From NCBI GenBank assembly GCA_000004985.1, contig GG738884.1: 64,000 nucleotides of DNA. One strand, given 5' to 3'. Positions 21,271 to 32,884 of the stretch are shown piece by piece. Every line of letters starts with the position of its first letter. The first letter of the stretch is position 1. The DNA is from Naegleria gruberi (lineage: Eukaryota). A program made the position numbers and the translations under genes. The notes under the pieces are model-generated. The model worked only from the letters and a program-made list of their open reading frames with translations, was not told the DNA's origin and searched no databases.

Positions 21271-21746
21271 ACTAAGCAAAACTGAAACCTATTATTTATT
21301 AAAATTATTTATTAACATAATTCTTAACATTTTCAATTTGGCGCACCTCAAAACAAGTCTTTCTTATTGAGAGTTGTTCGAAGACCTTTAATCAACAATA
21401 AATAGAAATCATTCACCTCATCCTTTATTGAGGAAAGTTCAGTCTGTTTTTGATGAAATAATGGCCCAACCTTTTGATAGTTCGTTAGAATTAGATAGCT
21501 TAATGGGATGCTGTAAGAAATTATTAAGAGCAAAAGAAAGTGTAAATGATTTTCGATATTAGAACATGTTAAGTTCACTTGAAGAGTTAAAACAACAACT
21601 TACATCCTCTTTTTAATAAAACAATTCTTTGAAAATTAAATCAACAATTGTATTCACACCTTAAACTCTTCATTGTTCATCACAGCATCCAGACAATGTA
21701 ATTGACAAAAAAGAAACAGTCCAAATTCTGTACATACCATTATCTG

Positions 21747-24700
21747 ATGACTGAATTGGAACAATCCATAAAGCAGGCACACAGTATTCAATTCCTTCTC
21801 TCTCTAACGTGTTATGGTAGACTATTTTTAGGTTTTGACAACAAAAAATACAGGCAACACAATAACCTCACCACAACCACGTCGACGAATAGGGCAATGA
21901 GTAATAATAATAATTATGTGGTGAGGCCTTTGAATGGCACTAACAATAGCAATTCGGGCCGATCTGCATCAAATACAACAACTAGTATTCCATCGGCTCC
22001 TCCACTAGAATCTTCATCTCCAACCACACAAAAACAACCTTCATCCATTGTACATAATATCTATCCACCTGTAAATAATTTTGGTGCAGCAACAGCTTTT
22101 CCAAATAATAATACATCTTCAGCAGCATCAACTATTTATCCAAAATTACCTGATCAGCAATTATCTGTAAATCAACACTTGTACAATATTCAAAAACAAC
22201 ATCAACGACCAAGTAATAGTAACAACAACTCTACTAACAATGGTTCATCACAACAACCAATGAGTAAATCATCAGTTCCGAATACTAGTACCAAAAAGAC
22301 TTCTAAAAAGAACGAACCATCCTCTGCCAAAATATTATATGATTCATCTTCACAATTAATTTCAGGTATTTCCTCCTATGTAAAGAGTATTCCGTGGACA
22401 AATATTGCAAAACAATTCAATGAAAACGTTATTCAGCCATATAGTACCTATGTATCATCAGCTATTGGTTCTGGAATTTCAATTACTAATAATACATCTG
22501 GTGGTGATATGAGTCAATGCAACTCGGATACAAATATTTATACCTCTCATTTAGGACGATTGATATGGTCTGACTTAAGGTTTTTACCAGTTACCGATTC
22601 GAATTCAACCGATGAACGTTTATTCATGATTTTGGCCTTTACTAATGGTTTTCAAATTTTTGACATTAATGATCCTAATAACGTTAGAGAAATTATAACC
22701 TCAAGTTCTGATGAGTGGGAATTGAATAAGGAATCAATTAGTGAAATTATTGGTAGAACAATGAATGTAGTATCATCAGCAAATAATACTGACAATGCTC
22801 CTACTACAAATGGTAGCATTAGTAATGCAGTTCCTGAAAACAATTTTGAACAAACTGAGCAGGAGGAAAATTCTATTGAAAATTCTGGTCCAATTACCGT
22901 CATGAATTCAGATTTAGATAGAAATCAGGACCACTCTTCTTTTTTCAACCTGGACTATGTTGACCATGATTATGAGGAAATAAGCAGTGCTCAACCAACC
23001 AACCCCCCTAAATCAACACTAAATATTGATGATTGGTACAATAGAATGCTAGACGATTCAGATTATGAGGAAGAGTATTCACTGGATCAAACCAGAAGAG
23101 AACCAACAAAACCTGCCTCAACCGCCACTACCACAACACCTCTCTATACTCCCGAAAAAGTTAAGGAAACCAAGGATGAAGTCAAAAAGCAACCTGAGTC
23201 AGTCACCCCTTCTACTTCTCAACAACCACCTGAAACAGAAGAACCTACAAATAGGGAAATTTATTATCCTGAAATGAATGTTCCAGACACTCTTGGCCCT
23301 ATTAAAATGGCAACTCTCCTCTCCAGACCTTCCAAGAAGGCTATCAAAAGAAGTGAAAAACGTGCCTTCGACCAACCTTCATACCTCAATTATTATCCCC
23401 TTGTTGCTGTTGTTACTGAAACTGAGCCAAATATTGTGCATCTCTACTCATTGAAATATCAATGCTTCTTGGATGATAGCGTTAAAATCTATTGTCATAA
23501 TCCTAATACTGAAAAAGTTACTGTTTTTCAGACTGTTTCTTCAGAAGATTCCTTCATTGTTTCAGACTCTTCAGGTCAAATTTTCTTTTTAGATCCTTGT
23601 ACATTTAATTTATTATCACAAGGAGTTTGTTTCCCTTCTCCTGATAATTTTACAAAGAATTACTCAAGCGAAAACGACTCTAAAAAGAAAAGGAAAAATC
23701 AAAAGAAGAGAATTGATCCAAAAGCATATGGAGGTATCATAGCATGCAGAAATCGATTTGCTGCTTTTGCAAGTGGAACTGAAGTTTTAAATGCCAAATT
23801 AGATTTTACTACAAGAATTAATTCCACTCTAACTGAGAGATCTTGGGAAGTTGCAAAGAAAGCAGCCACTGGTATTTACATGTTGGGAGATTTAGGCCTC
23901 AAGAAGGTTTCCAAATATTGGTTTGAGGATGGAAAGAAAAAGAGTTCTGACAGTGAATCTGGTAGTGATGGATCTAACGATAATAGTGAAGATGAGGGAT
24001 TAAATGATGAAGAAGCATCATTCTCTTCTCTTTGGAACGGTGATATTCCTCAAGAATTACTATCCTATCAACAGACTGTTGGTACTGTAGAAATTAGAGA
24101 TTTGAAAACTAACAGAGTTTTAATGCATTTTAGAGCCCATAATGAACCTATTGCTGCCATGGCATTTGATAGAACAGGTACTCTGCTTTGTACAGCTCCA
24201 ATTTCTGGAAAGTATTTGAATGTTTTCCAAATATTACCAAACTGTTACGGTGCTAATGGTGATTCTATAGCAAGCGAGAAAAATGTAAAATTATTGTACA
24301 GATTGTACAGAGGTTTAACTTCTGCACACATTCAAGATATTCACTTCAGTGTAAATAGCAAATGGGTAGCAGCATGCTCTGCTAGAGGAACTATCCATCT
24401 TTATGCCATCAATCCAACAGGTGGACCAATTGATCCTAGATTCCACTTTAATGGAGAACAAGAAAATCAGTCAGCTAATTCAAATGAACCAATAGTTCTC
24501 AATGTTATTGCCCGTATTCATGATCCAACTGCTGGTAAGAGAACAAATTCATTAGGACAACCACTCACTCAAACAAGATCTGTTTTCCAACTCTATGCTC
24601 TTCCAGAAATCAAATCTCAAAGTACCATCGAAGCATCAGAAAAGTTTTCAACAGAAGAAGATTTATATTGGGAACGTCAAAATGCAACCATCAATAATGA

Positions 24701-26075
24701 AAACATTCTAGTAACTCTGAATTGTGGCATGTTGAGTTATTACTTGCTAAAACCACAACTAAAGAAGAGGGATAGAGCAGCTTCTGCTGAAAATCTTAGT
24801 AGAACAACTGTGGGAACAGCTTCTTCTGGTATTTCTATGGTTGCTATTAGCTCTGATAGACCTGTGTACTCACCTGAAGATTTTGAACTCTCTCTCAATG
24901 TTGAATTGTTGGCCAGGTTTGACACTTTCCAACCACAATTTACTCCTCAAGAACTTGCTTACGATGCTCTTACTGGACAACCAACAAGAAACGAGGAAGA
25001 AACCGTCATGGAGATACAAAGAAAAAAGAAGCTACACAGTATTACATGGAACCAACTCTTGGGTAAAGTCAATGAAATGGATACCACCTATCAAGCAAGA
25101 TATGTAGATGAGACCCAGGACATGTTGTCAAAATGGATTTCGAACGTCGAGCTAGAAACTCACTCTTATCCAACCAATCCTTTGTGGGCTACTGGACATT
25201 TCAAATTTAAGACCATCAAGTCCAATTCAGATATCCTTGAGAATGCGAATGATAATACTATTTTCAAAATTGGAGATAATGATTATGATCAAATTAGTGA
25301 TATTAGCAAGAGTCTTTATATTAAGGTTTCTAATCCTATTCCTCTGAATCATGCAGAAAACTTTTTGCAAGATGATCCTAAACCTGAAACTGTAAAGAGT
25401 GATGTCATTATCAAAGCAATTACTACACCAATCTCTCAACCACCAACAAAAATTACTGTACCACTGTCAAAAATAGCTGTTCCTGATTCTAAAAAGCCAA
25501 CTATTATTCCTCAACCAATACTTAATACTGGAAGAAATAAGTCCCCAGTTAAACAATTCCAACCACAAGTGAAAATTGTAGAGGAAAAGAAGACGATTAT
25601 TGATAGCATTGTTGATGGAGAAGTCTCCTCGGAAGAAGATGAGGAAGTTTCAACTGTTCAACAACAAACCGATGTTCCATATGTTGGAAAGAGTTTCTTT
25701 GGAGATATTCAGCCACAACAACAACCAACAGTTCAATATACCAAACCAAAAGATCTCAAAGAAGACAATTTGCTTTTCTTCTCCCATATGGAAAATTATT
25801 TTGACAAGTCAGAAAGGGAACAAAATGGTGAAACAGATACCACTGTGAGAAATGGTTCAGAATCTCCTGAAACTAAACCAACACTCATTCCAAACCATTT
25901 CAGTCTGTCTTCATCCATTCACCAAGATTATTTTAACGATGAAGAAGATGCTCATTCTGAATTGGAGAGAAGAGAACAATTTTTAAACACCAGTCTATTG
26001 AAGGAGTCTATAATGATTAATCACTTAGAAGATGACGATGATGATGAGGAAAAGTTAGACGAATACTTTAATTAA
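21747..26075 (+). CDS. BCAS3-like WD40 / BCAS3-domain protein (about 1440 aa) with long Asn/Ser/Thr-rich low-complexity regions
   Basis: The central region LMHFRAHNEPIAAMAFDRTGTLLCTAPISGKYLNVFQI...IHFSVNSKWVAACSARGTIHLYAINP matches the WD-repeat core of BCAS3 family proteins. The ORF-track start at 21702 is a TTG; the first ATG in frame is at 21747, but the true start may be later (MSNNNNY at about 21897). Confidence 0.6.
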   Translation: MTELEQSIKQAHSIQFLLSLTCYGRLFLGFDNKKYRQHNNLTTTTSTNRAMSNNNNYVVRPLNGTNNSNSGRSASNTTTSIPSAPPLESSSPTTQKQPSSIVHNIYPPVNNFGAATAFPNNNTSSAASTIYPKLPDQQLSVNQHLYNIQKQHQRPSNSNNNSTNNGSSQQPMSKSSVPNTSTKKTSKKNEPSSAKILYDSSSQLISGISSYVKSIPWTNIAKQFNENVIQPYSTYVSSAIGSGISITNNTSGGDMSQCNSDTNIYTSHLGRLIWSDLRFLPVTDSNSTDERLFMILAFTNGFQIFDINDPNNVREIITSSSDEWELNKESISEIIGRTMNVVSSANNTDNAPTTNGSISNAVPENNFEQTEQEENSIENSGPITVMNSDLDRNQDHSSFFNLDYVDHDYEEISSAQPTNPPKSTLNIDDWYNRMLDDSDYEEEYSLDQTRREPTKPASTATTTTPLYTPEKVKETKDEVKKQPESVTPSTSQQPPETEEPTNREIYYPEMNVPDTLGPIKMATLLSRPSKKAIKRSEKRAFDQPSYLNYYPLVAVVTETEPNIVHLYSLKYQCFLDDSVKIYCHNPNTEKVTVFQTVSSEDSFIVSDSSGQIFFLDPCTFNLLSQGVCFPSPDNFTKNYSSENDSKKKRKNQKKRIDPKAYGGIIACRNRFAAFASGTEVLNAKLDFTTRINSTLTERSWEVAKKAATGIYMLGDLGLKKVSKYWFEDGKKKSSDSESGSDGSNDNSEDEGLNDEEASFSSLWNGDIPQELLSYQQTVGTVEIRDLKTNRVLMHFRAHNEPIAAMAFDRTGTLLCTAPISGKYLNVFQILPNCYGANGDSIASEKNVKLLYRLYRGLTSAHIQDIHFSVNSKWVAACSARGTIHLYAINPTGGPIDPRFHFNGEQENQSANSNEPIVLNVIARIHDPTAGKRTNSLGQPLTQTRSVFQLYALPEIKSQSTIEASEKFSTEEDLYWERQNATINNENILVTLNCGMLSYYLLKPQLKKRDRAASAENLSRTTVGTASSGISMVAISSDRPVYSPEDFELSLNVELLARFDTFQPQFTPQELAYDALTGQPTRNEEETVMEIQRKKKLHSITWNQLLGKVNEMDTTYQARYVDETQDMLSKWISNVELETHSYPTNPLWATGHFKFKTIKSNSDILENANDNTIFKIGDNDYDQISDISKSLYIKVSNPIPLNHAENFLQDDPKPETVKSDVIIKAITTPISQPPTKITVPLSKIAVPDSKKPTIIPQPILNTGRNKSPVKQFQPQVKIVEEKKTIIDSIVDGEVSSEEDEEVSTVQQQTDVPYVGKSFFGDIQPQQQPTVQYTKPKDLKEDNLLFFSHMENYFDKSEREQNGETDTTVRNGSESPETKPTLIPNHFSLSSSIHQDYFNDEEDAHSELERREQFLNTSLLKESIMINHLEDDDDDEEKLDEYFN

Positions 26076-26239
26076 TAAAGATATTTCCCCTAATTTCGAC
26101 ACAATTGACACGGTAAAAGCAGATTATTAATCTTTCCAACTTGAATCAAAATTCAGAATTGAAAAGATTAATACTCAACAACCAAGATTACAATAGAAAA
26201 AGCGATGAATATTTAATTAAAAAATTATTTTTAAAAAAA

Positions 26240-28183
26240 ATGAAAAACTTGCTTAAAGGCAAGGCAACCAAAGCTGCCACTCTCGAATTTCTCTCTAAAA
26301 AATTTACTCCCGTAGAAGGATGGAAACTTCCGAACACAACATCAACTCACAATAGTAATGCTAGTATTGAACATTTAATACAATCACAGAATAATCATAA
26401 TCTTCCATTCTACTTTTCTAAAGTTGGATTTGGTGGTCATTCTCTGAGTATGAATGATTCCGAAGGAGAATCAACAATTCAAGATCAAGAATTTGCCATA
26501 CAAAAGGCTATACAGGGAGGTGTAAACTTGATTGATACTAGTGCGGACTATGGCACAAGTCAGATGATGATTGGACATGTTTTGAATGGAATGTGTGCTC
26601 ATCATATTCCAAATCATCATCAACATGTTCATGAACAATTGGTTGATAGTGGAAAGATTTATAGAGATGAATTGGTTTTGATGAGTAAGGTTGGACCTTT
26701 GGATAATTATGTTGATGAGAGGAATCACTCAGTCTTGTCAAAATTAGTGCATGAATGTCAAGTGGAAGATTTGAATAAGAGGATTATTACTTTACCGGAT
26801 AAATTACATCACTATTCACTTGATCCACTCATTCTTTCACATGAAATTACCAGATGTTTGAGGGAATATCAAGTGGAAACATTGGATGTTTTAATAATTA
26901 ATCAACCAGAGAGAATGCTTCAAGCCATGTTAATGAGTGAAGATAGAGATTCAAGTGATAGTGCTGTATTTGCTGAATTTTATCACAAACTGGAACAAGC
27001 TTTCAAGTGCTTGGAAAGTGAAGTTGAGAGAGGACGTATTCAATCCTACGGTATTGCCTCCAAGTCCATTACAAAAGCTCCTGGACCAGGTATCCTCTCC
27101 ATTGATTTGAATAAGTGTTTAAAGATTGCTGAACATGTTTATGGTAACAAGGATCACCACTTTAGAGTCGTTCAAGTCCCATATAATTTACACGAGAAGA
27201 ATGTCTATACAGATGAAATATTCACAGACAAGAATGGCCACAGAGCCAACTTCCTCACAATGGCTAAATCTCACAAATTGGCAACCATGGCCTACAGACC
27301 ACTCAATGCACAATTAGATTCACACTTGATTTTCAGATTTGCTGATTATGATTTTGATAAGAAAAAGAACGATATGGAATCAATTGTTCAAGAATATCAA
27401 AAGATTTCAAACGAAATTGCCTTTAACGAGCTTAATACACCATGGTACACTGTTGACTTGAGTGATGATTCAGTCCATTTGTCAAAGGAAGTTCAACAAT
27501 GCACACTCCCAGAAATGTCTGAGCAAAATTTAATACAAATGAGACCATCCATTTCATGGGGACATATCATAATGACCAATTATGATCAATTGGAATCATA
27601 CTTTACCTTTGAAAAAGTTTTGAGAAATAGAATCATACCAGAACAAAAGTACATCTTTTCCAAATTGGCTCAAATGTCGAACAGAGTTAATGAAAATGAC
27701 TATAATGCAGTTGGTATGAAAAAGGAGACTACTGGAAGTGATGCCAACTCTATGAATAATTTCAAGTCACAATGTAACAGATGGCTCAGTCACTATCAAA
27801 GATTGTGCAACAAGTTCTATAGTGTTTATTCAGATCTTCTCTCGCTCAAGCATCAACATCAATGTGAAGATTTGCACGTCAAGCTTTCCAAACTTTCAAA
27901 TGGTGATTTAGATTCCTACAAGACTCTTTCTCAAAAATCAATAAGGTGCCTCGTCGATACACCAAACTTGGATACAGTTCTAGTTGGTATGGATAAGACA
28001 AAATATGTTGATGAAATACTGTTCGAAGCAACAAATAATGAGTATTCACTTCTCCAATCGAGACCAAAGGAATATCAACAAGTGGTAGACAATGTAATTA
28101 GAAATGTTGCTGTTAACAATTTCCGTCTTATTGTTGATGAAGATCCACATACAGCAAACTTGAACCAACATGAACAACAATAA
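26240..28183 (+). CDS. Protein with an N-terminal aldo-keto reductase-like (NADP-dependent oxidoreductase) domain, about 647 aa
   Basis: The ORF-track start at 26141 is a TTG; the first ATG is at about 26240. The region ...EFAIQKAIQGGVNLIDTSADYGTSQMMIGHVL resembles the start of the AKR fold (GxxxxDTAxxYG). The remainder is unassigned. Confidence 0.45.
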   Translation: MKNLLKGKATKAATLEFLSKKFTPVEGWKLPNTTSTHNSNASIEHLIQSQNNHNLPFYFSKVGFGGHSLSMNDSEGESTIQDQEFAIQKAIQGGVNLIDTSADYGTSQMMIGHVLNGMCAHHIPNHHQHVHEQLVDSGKIYRDELVLMSKVGPLDNYVDERNHSVLSKLVHECQVEDLNKRIITLPDKLHHYSLDPLILSHEITRCLREYQVETLDVLIINQPERMLQAMLMSEDRDSSDSAVFAEFYHKLEQAFKCLESEVERGRIQSYGIASKSITKAPGPGILSIDLNKCLKIAEHVYGNKDHHFRVVQVPYNLHEKNVYTDEIFTDKNGHRANFLTMAKSHKLATMAYRPLNAQLDSHLIFRFADYDFDKKKNDMESIVQEYQKISNEIAFNELNTPWYTVDLSDDSVHLSKEVQQCTLPEMSEQNLIQMRPSISWGHIIMTNYDQLESYFTFEKVLRNRIIPEQKYIFSKLAQMSNRVNENDYNAVGMKKETTGSDANSMNNFKSQCNRWLSHYQRLCNKFYSVYSDLLSLKHQHQCEDLHVKLSKLSNGDLDSYKTLSQKSIRCLVDTPNLDTVLVGMDKTKYVDEILFEATNNEYSLLQSRPKEYQQVVDNVIRNVAVNNFRLIVDEDPHTANLNQHEQQ

Positions 28184-28194
28184 ATCATCCGCTC

Positions 28195-29637
28195 TTACTT
28201 GGTAATTGTCTTTTTTGCAGGAATAGCCAATCGAATTGAATTACTAAGCCCAAGATGATTTGGAACCTGGGGTGGTTCTCTATTGTTCATGTTTCTTCTG
28301 TATGCTGTTGGTTTTGGTCTTTTTTCTGAGAGGGATGAGCCTAGTTGCTTAGATGGAGGACTCGTCTTGTTTGGCGTGTCTCCTTTTTGAGGTGTTTTGG
28401 GAGATTGTAAAAGGGATGGTCTAGAGTTGATTTCTGACAGCCTTCTTGTGGTTGGATTCTTAATTGGTGTACGTAATTCTTCTCTGACTGGAGTTCTATA
28501 ATCTGGTTGGAATGGCTCTGAAGATTTTGGAGTAGAATCAGAACTGGAATGATCACGTGTATCAACTTTACATTTGGTTAGGAATTGAGAGGTGAGAAAT
28601 ATATGATCATACATTTCATTCTCAGAATCTGAATCAGAGGTAATGATTTGGGAATCATCACACATGATGGAAGATTGTTCGTGAATGGTTTCGTTAAATG
28701 TTGGAGAATGATCCTTAGTATCGAAAATCATTGACTCGAATAATTGAGAATTTAGATCTGAACTTGGAGAGGTATCCTTCTTCTCTTCTATTTTTTGAGC
28801 AGAAAGGGAAGAAATTCCAGACCAGTAGCCAGAGTGCTCAGTGGATTCTTGAGGTGTTGTTTGGAGTGGATGGGAAGGAGGGAAGTGAGGGTTTTCAGTT
28901 TTCTTTTCTAGTGGTGGAGTGAAAACCACAGTTGGGACTGTTGGCATTGAGACAATCAATTGACTTCTTGGACTGCTGGAATGGTTTTTTGGGGTTGGTG
29001 GTTTAGAGTGAATGATTGGTGTTTCCACAATTTGAGAGAGTATCCTTGAGGTTTCCTCAATAGGTCCAATTATTAATTCTGATTCCAATGATTTGATTTC
29101 CCGTTCTACTTTTTGAATATCTTGCTTAATTACCTCCTGTTGTTTCATGTCAATAGTTTTTGACAATTTCGTTTTCAAGAGATTATAAATCTTTTTCATT
29201 GCGTTAAGTTCCATTTCCTCACTTGAAATATTATCATCATGATGAAGATATGAAAATTGATTCTCCAATAGATTTTCATGCATTTGAGATTGTTCTTCCT
29301 CAGCCTCTGTCATTTTCATAAGAGGTTCAAAGAATGTTGTGTGTATTTGTTGCAAAGCTTGCAACCTCTCCAACACTAATAAATTCATCTTGTGTTTTAA
29401 TTTTGTTGTATCCATCAAATCAGGCAATTTATCATTGCTTGATTGTTTCACGAACTGTTCATAGGAGAGCAAAGCTTGCTCTAAAACTTGTTCACTCCTT
29501 TTCAGTGAGCATTCTATAGTTTCATGAAGTTCGAATACAATTTCCGACATTCTGCTTAGATACCCAGAGGTAAGATAAAGGCTATTGCTCTTATTGTGAT
29601 TTGAGGGTGCTACAGGTAGCATTTGTATTGTGCTCAT
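28195..29637 (-). CDS. Hypothetical coiled-coil protein (480 aa) with a Ser/Pro/Thr-rich C-terminal half carrying many (S/T)P-x-K motifs
   Basis: ATG at 29635-29637. The N-terminal approximately 200 aa are heptad-like (LEQALLSYEQFVKQ...). The C-terminus has TPxK/SPxK motifs (SPKTPQKGDTPNKTSPPSK), consistent with CDK-type phosphorylation sites. Confidence 0.45.
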   Translation of the reverse strand: MSTIQMLPVAPSNHNKSNSLYLTSGYLSRMSEIVFELHETIECSLKRSEQVLEQALLSYEQFVKQSSNDKLPDLMDTTKLKHKMNLLVLERLQALQQIHTTFFEPLMKMTEAEEEQSQMHENLLENQFSYLHHDDNISSEEMELNAMKKIYNLLKTKLSKTIDMKQQEVIKQDIQKVEREIKSLESELIIGPIEETSRILSQIVETPIIHSKPPTPKNHSSSPRSQLIVSMPTVPTVVFTPPLEKKTENPHFPPSHPLQTTPQESTEHSGYWSGISSLSAQKIEEKKDTSPSSDLNSQLFESMIFDTKDHSPTFNETIHEQSSIMCDDSQIITSDSDSENEMYDHIFLTSQFLTKCKVDTRDHSSSDSTPKSSEPFQPDYRTPVREELRTPIKNPTTRRLSEINSRPSLLQSPKTPQKGDTPNKTSPPSKQLGSSLSEKRPKPTAYRRNMNNREPPQVPNHLGLSNSIRLAIPAKKTITK

Positions 29638-29807
29638 TTTTTTTTCTTATTAACGTTATAAAAATAGTGAAGTTGTTGGCGGGAAAGTGAATTACAAAAA
29701 ATACATTGCAAGAAGAAACTAATAATCATCAACAATCTACAACTTGGTATTTGGATCTGTTTTTAATATTAAGATTTCCAAATAATAATAATAAAATCAA
29801 ATATTTT

Positions 29808-32417
29808 TTATAGAGTTATGCTTTCAAACTTTGAATTTCCACTCTTCAAAAGCTTAATATATTCAAGAGTATTTCTGTAGAAGGTTGCAATTGGAGCAAC
29901 AGTCTTGGTTTCATTTTGGTTTTCTGTTGCAGCACCAGCAACACCAAATTCTTCCTCAGAAGATCCAATGTTGGAGTTAATGACATCAATCAAGTCATTC
30001 AAATAGTCTACAGTGACCTTTTCATTATTGTTAATAAATTGATAGAGGTGAACATTCAAAATTTCGATAAAGAGAGCAATCTTTTGATCGGCCATGCATG
30101 ACTTGACAATCTTCAAGGACCATATCAAGCATTCAAGAGATTTGTCAGCATTTTGTAATGATTCATTGTGTTCCATTGGCCAGAATAAGTGGCTACACAT
30201 AAAGGCTGCCTTGCATTGATTTGGCTTGAGTAAGAGTCTGGAAGAGTATTGACAAGTCTTTGTGGAGAGTGTATCATAATTTTCATTGCCAATATTCTTC
30301 ATTTGTCTCAATGCATTAATAATCATTATAAAGTATTCCAATTGAATCTTGCTGTCTTGTTCTTCATAAAGCATAAAGGCTTGCGACAAGAGTTCGAAAA
30401 CAATTGTTTCCAATTTACAGAGATCAGCACAGATGGCACTTTGAAGATACAACTTTAAGGCCATGTCTGATTGTTGGTTAGCCAAAACTTCTAAAATTTC
30501 AATAACATATTGGAACACCTTATCTTCCTTGATTGCTTTTTCTTCTCTATCCTTGGCATTAAAGATACGTTTAGCCAAAGAAAGGTAAGAAAAGACGAGA
30601 GGTGTCAATGTATATTGAATTCTCTTAACACCACCTTGACCGAAAGCCTTTCTAGCAGTAGAATAAACCTTGAATAACATGTCGGTATCTTCACTATCGC
30701 AAATGTGAATGAGTCTAGCAACGAGATTTTGTTCCTCTTCAAAGTCTTCCTCATCAACATCGGTGGTATCTTCTTCGTCCTTCAAGAGTGGCTTGATAAG
30801 TTCGAATAACCCTCTGATTTCATCAACGTTGGTAACCTTGTGTCTATGTTTGAGAGCACATCTACAAATATCCATAGCAATTGATCTTCTATCATCAAAC
30901 CCTAATAATTCAAGAATTTCTCCATACTTTTCGAGTTGAAGGACAGTGAGAACATTCTTGTATGATTCAATTGGAATGAGCAAGAGTTTCTTAACAAGTT
31001 TGACCAAAAGAGGAGTTGAAGTAATATCACCAGCAGTGCTGAGTTGTTGATGGCAGAAGGTAATTACATCATTGACATATTTAATCTTGTCTGGATATGA
31101 TTGCAAAGCAAGATTCATGAGAGAAATTTGGAAGGCCAAAACGTCGGAAAGTTCCATTCTTTGATCGGAAATCTTTTCAACATTTTCCAAAAAGATGTCA
31201 ATAATATTAGCACCACCATTTTGTTCATCACGATTTGGAATGTTTTCTGGGAATTGTCTAGCATAATTGGCAAGACGATCCATGAGAGCAATATAAATTG
31301 TCTTTAAATCCACATCAGCTTGTAACTCTTGGCAAGCAGTAACAATTTGAGTGAGAGTATCAATATGGAATTCATCAGGGAAAACTTGAATAAGACATTC
31401 CATAAGATATTGTTGAGCCATTTGATCGTTAGACTTGATAATAATATTTAAAATCTTTGGTAAGACATCATCTCTATAAATATCCAATTTGATACCATCC
31501 AATTGAGAAAGTCTTACAAGATTAAATCCGATTAAAATCCTCAATTCCAATCTTTCCTTTTCTCTCTTACTTCTTTCCTTGACTGGACCTTCATTCTTCA
31601 AACGACTGAAAAGGAAGACCATTTCATTAAAGTTTTGAAGTACGTAGGCAATAGAGTCGTGAATATTTCCACCAGTACCTTCATATTCACCTCCAGTATC
31701 TGGAAGTTTATCCTTTGTAATTTGACTGAGATAATTTCTCAAGAAGAGACCACGAGTTGGGTGTTGAACTCCTTTACACATTTCCACAAGATCTTTGAGA
31801 ACATCCTTTGCTGGAGCTTGTTTAGATTTGATGTAAATAGATCCAATAGTTGCCATAAGATATAATCTTGGGACAATACTTGGAGTATGTTGAACACGAA
31901 TATATAAATCTTGCATATTTTCCTCACCTCGGAAGAAGGTTGTTAAACGTCCAAGTTGATCAAATACTTGCATATCTGTTTGTTTTAGTACAAGTACCAG
32001 TATGATGACATTTTCATTATTGTTATTAAATAATATAAATTGAAGAGTTTGTGATTTGATGAAGAGAAAATAATATTTTGATTATAATAAAAGTATTGAA
32101 TACATAAGTAACACAACAAGTGAAACAATAAAAATCTTGTTTGATCGGAAAAACCTACAAAGAGCATAGTAATTCTTTGGGCTAAGACTTGATGATCTCA
32201 ACTCACTCAACATTTTAGCAGCGTGATCCAAAGCAGCATTTAAATTATTCTTGTCCAAACATCTGATCATTCTGTGAGCCTCAACCTCCACAACTTCCTT
32301 GGCTTGATTCAAGTATTGGACTTGTCTCTCTTGAGGACTCATATTTTGAGTTCCTTGTTGAATATATTCCTCTTCATCGTCATCAACAGGAGGTTGATTA
32401 TTGTAGTTGGAAGACAT
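29808..32417 (-). CDS. VPS35: VPS35, retromer complex subunit, 808 aa, 2 exons: 32159..32417 and 29808..31975 (minus strand)
   Basis: Exon 1 is MSS...MSPQERQVQYLNQAKEVVEVEAHRMIRCLDKNNLNAALDHAAKMLSELRSSSLSPKNYYAL. Exon 2 begins (Y)MQVFDQLGRLTTFFRGEENMQDLYIRVQHTPSIVPRLYLMATIGSIYIKSK...LFLRNYL and continues through the PRLYL and GLFLRNYL motifs and the conserved C-terminal alpha-solenoid (...CAAFMCSHLFW...EILNVHLYQF...). Intron 31976..32158 (GTAGGT..AAACAG, 183 nt, phase 1); splicing restores Y and the frame. Confidence 0.9.
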
Positions 32418-32884
32418 TTTTTTTACACTGTGATGATAAGAAGATTATATCCAAGTGGTCTCTAATGTGGTGTGGAAAAATCTTCTTGGTGGGTGGAATC
32501 ATTTCTCCTATGAACAAGCCTCCCTTCATTGAATTTTTCAATATACTCTTCCATCACATTCACCATCATGATTGTGGCCTATTATTGTTGACCTGAGCAC
32601 TGGAAATTGGCAATGGTTCATTCTGAAGATGATTCACACAAGAATAATATGTTTATTTGGTTATTTGACATTATTGTAGCCATGATAACAGGTAGGCCAT
32701 TACAACATTTCATCTTACTCAGTAGTTGTTTTCACATTGATGAAGACAGCATCTCGTAAAAGTGGCTTCATTTGTTATTCATTCCTCTTTCAAAAATATG
32801 TTGGTGAGCACTTGTGTTGTAAAGAACATATCTTGATTGTCAACCAAATATTTTAGAAAACTTGTTGAAAAAAAATACGTAAAA

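Noticed and set aside
21702-21746. The ORF-track start codons at 21702 and at several other genes (14970, 16786, 19428, 26141, 34303, 48785, 60284, 63912, 2593)
   Set aside because: Inspection shows these 'M' positions are TTG codons. In a eukaryotic nuclear gene I moved the start to the first in-frame ATG, or marked the gene as continuing upstream.
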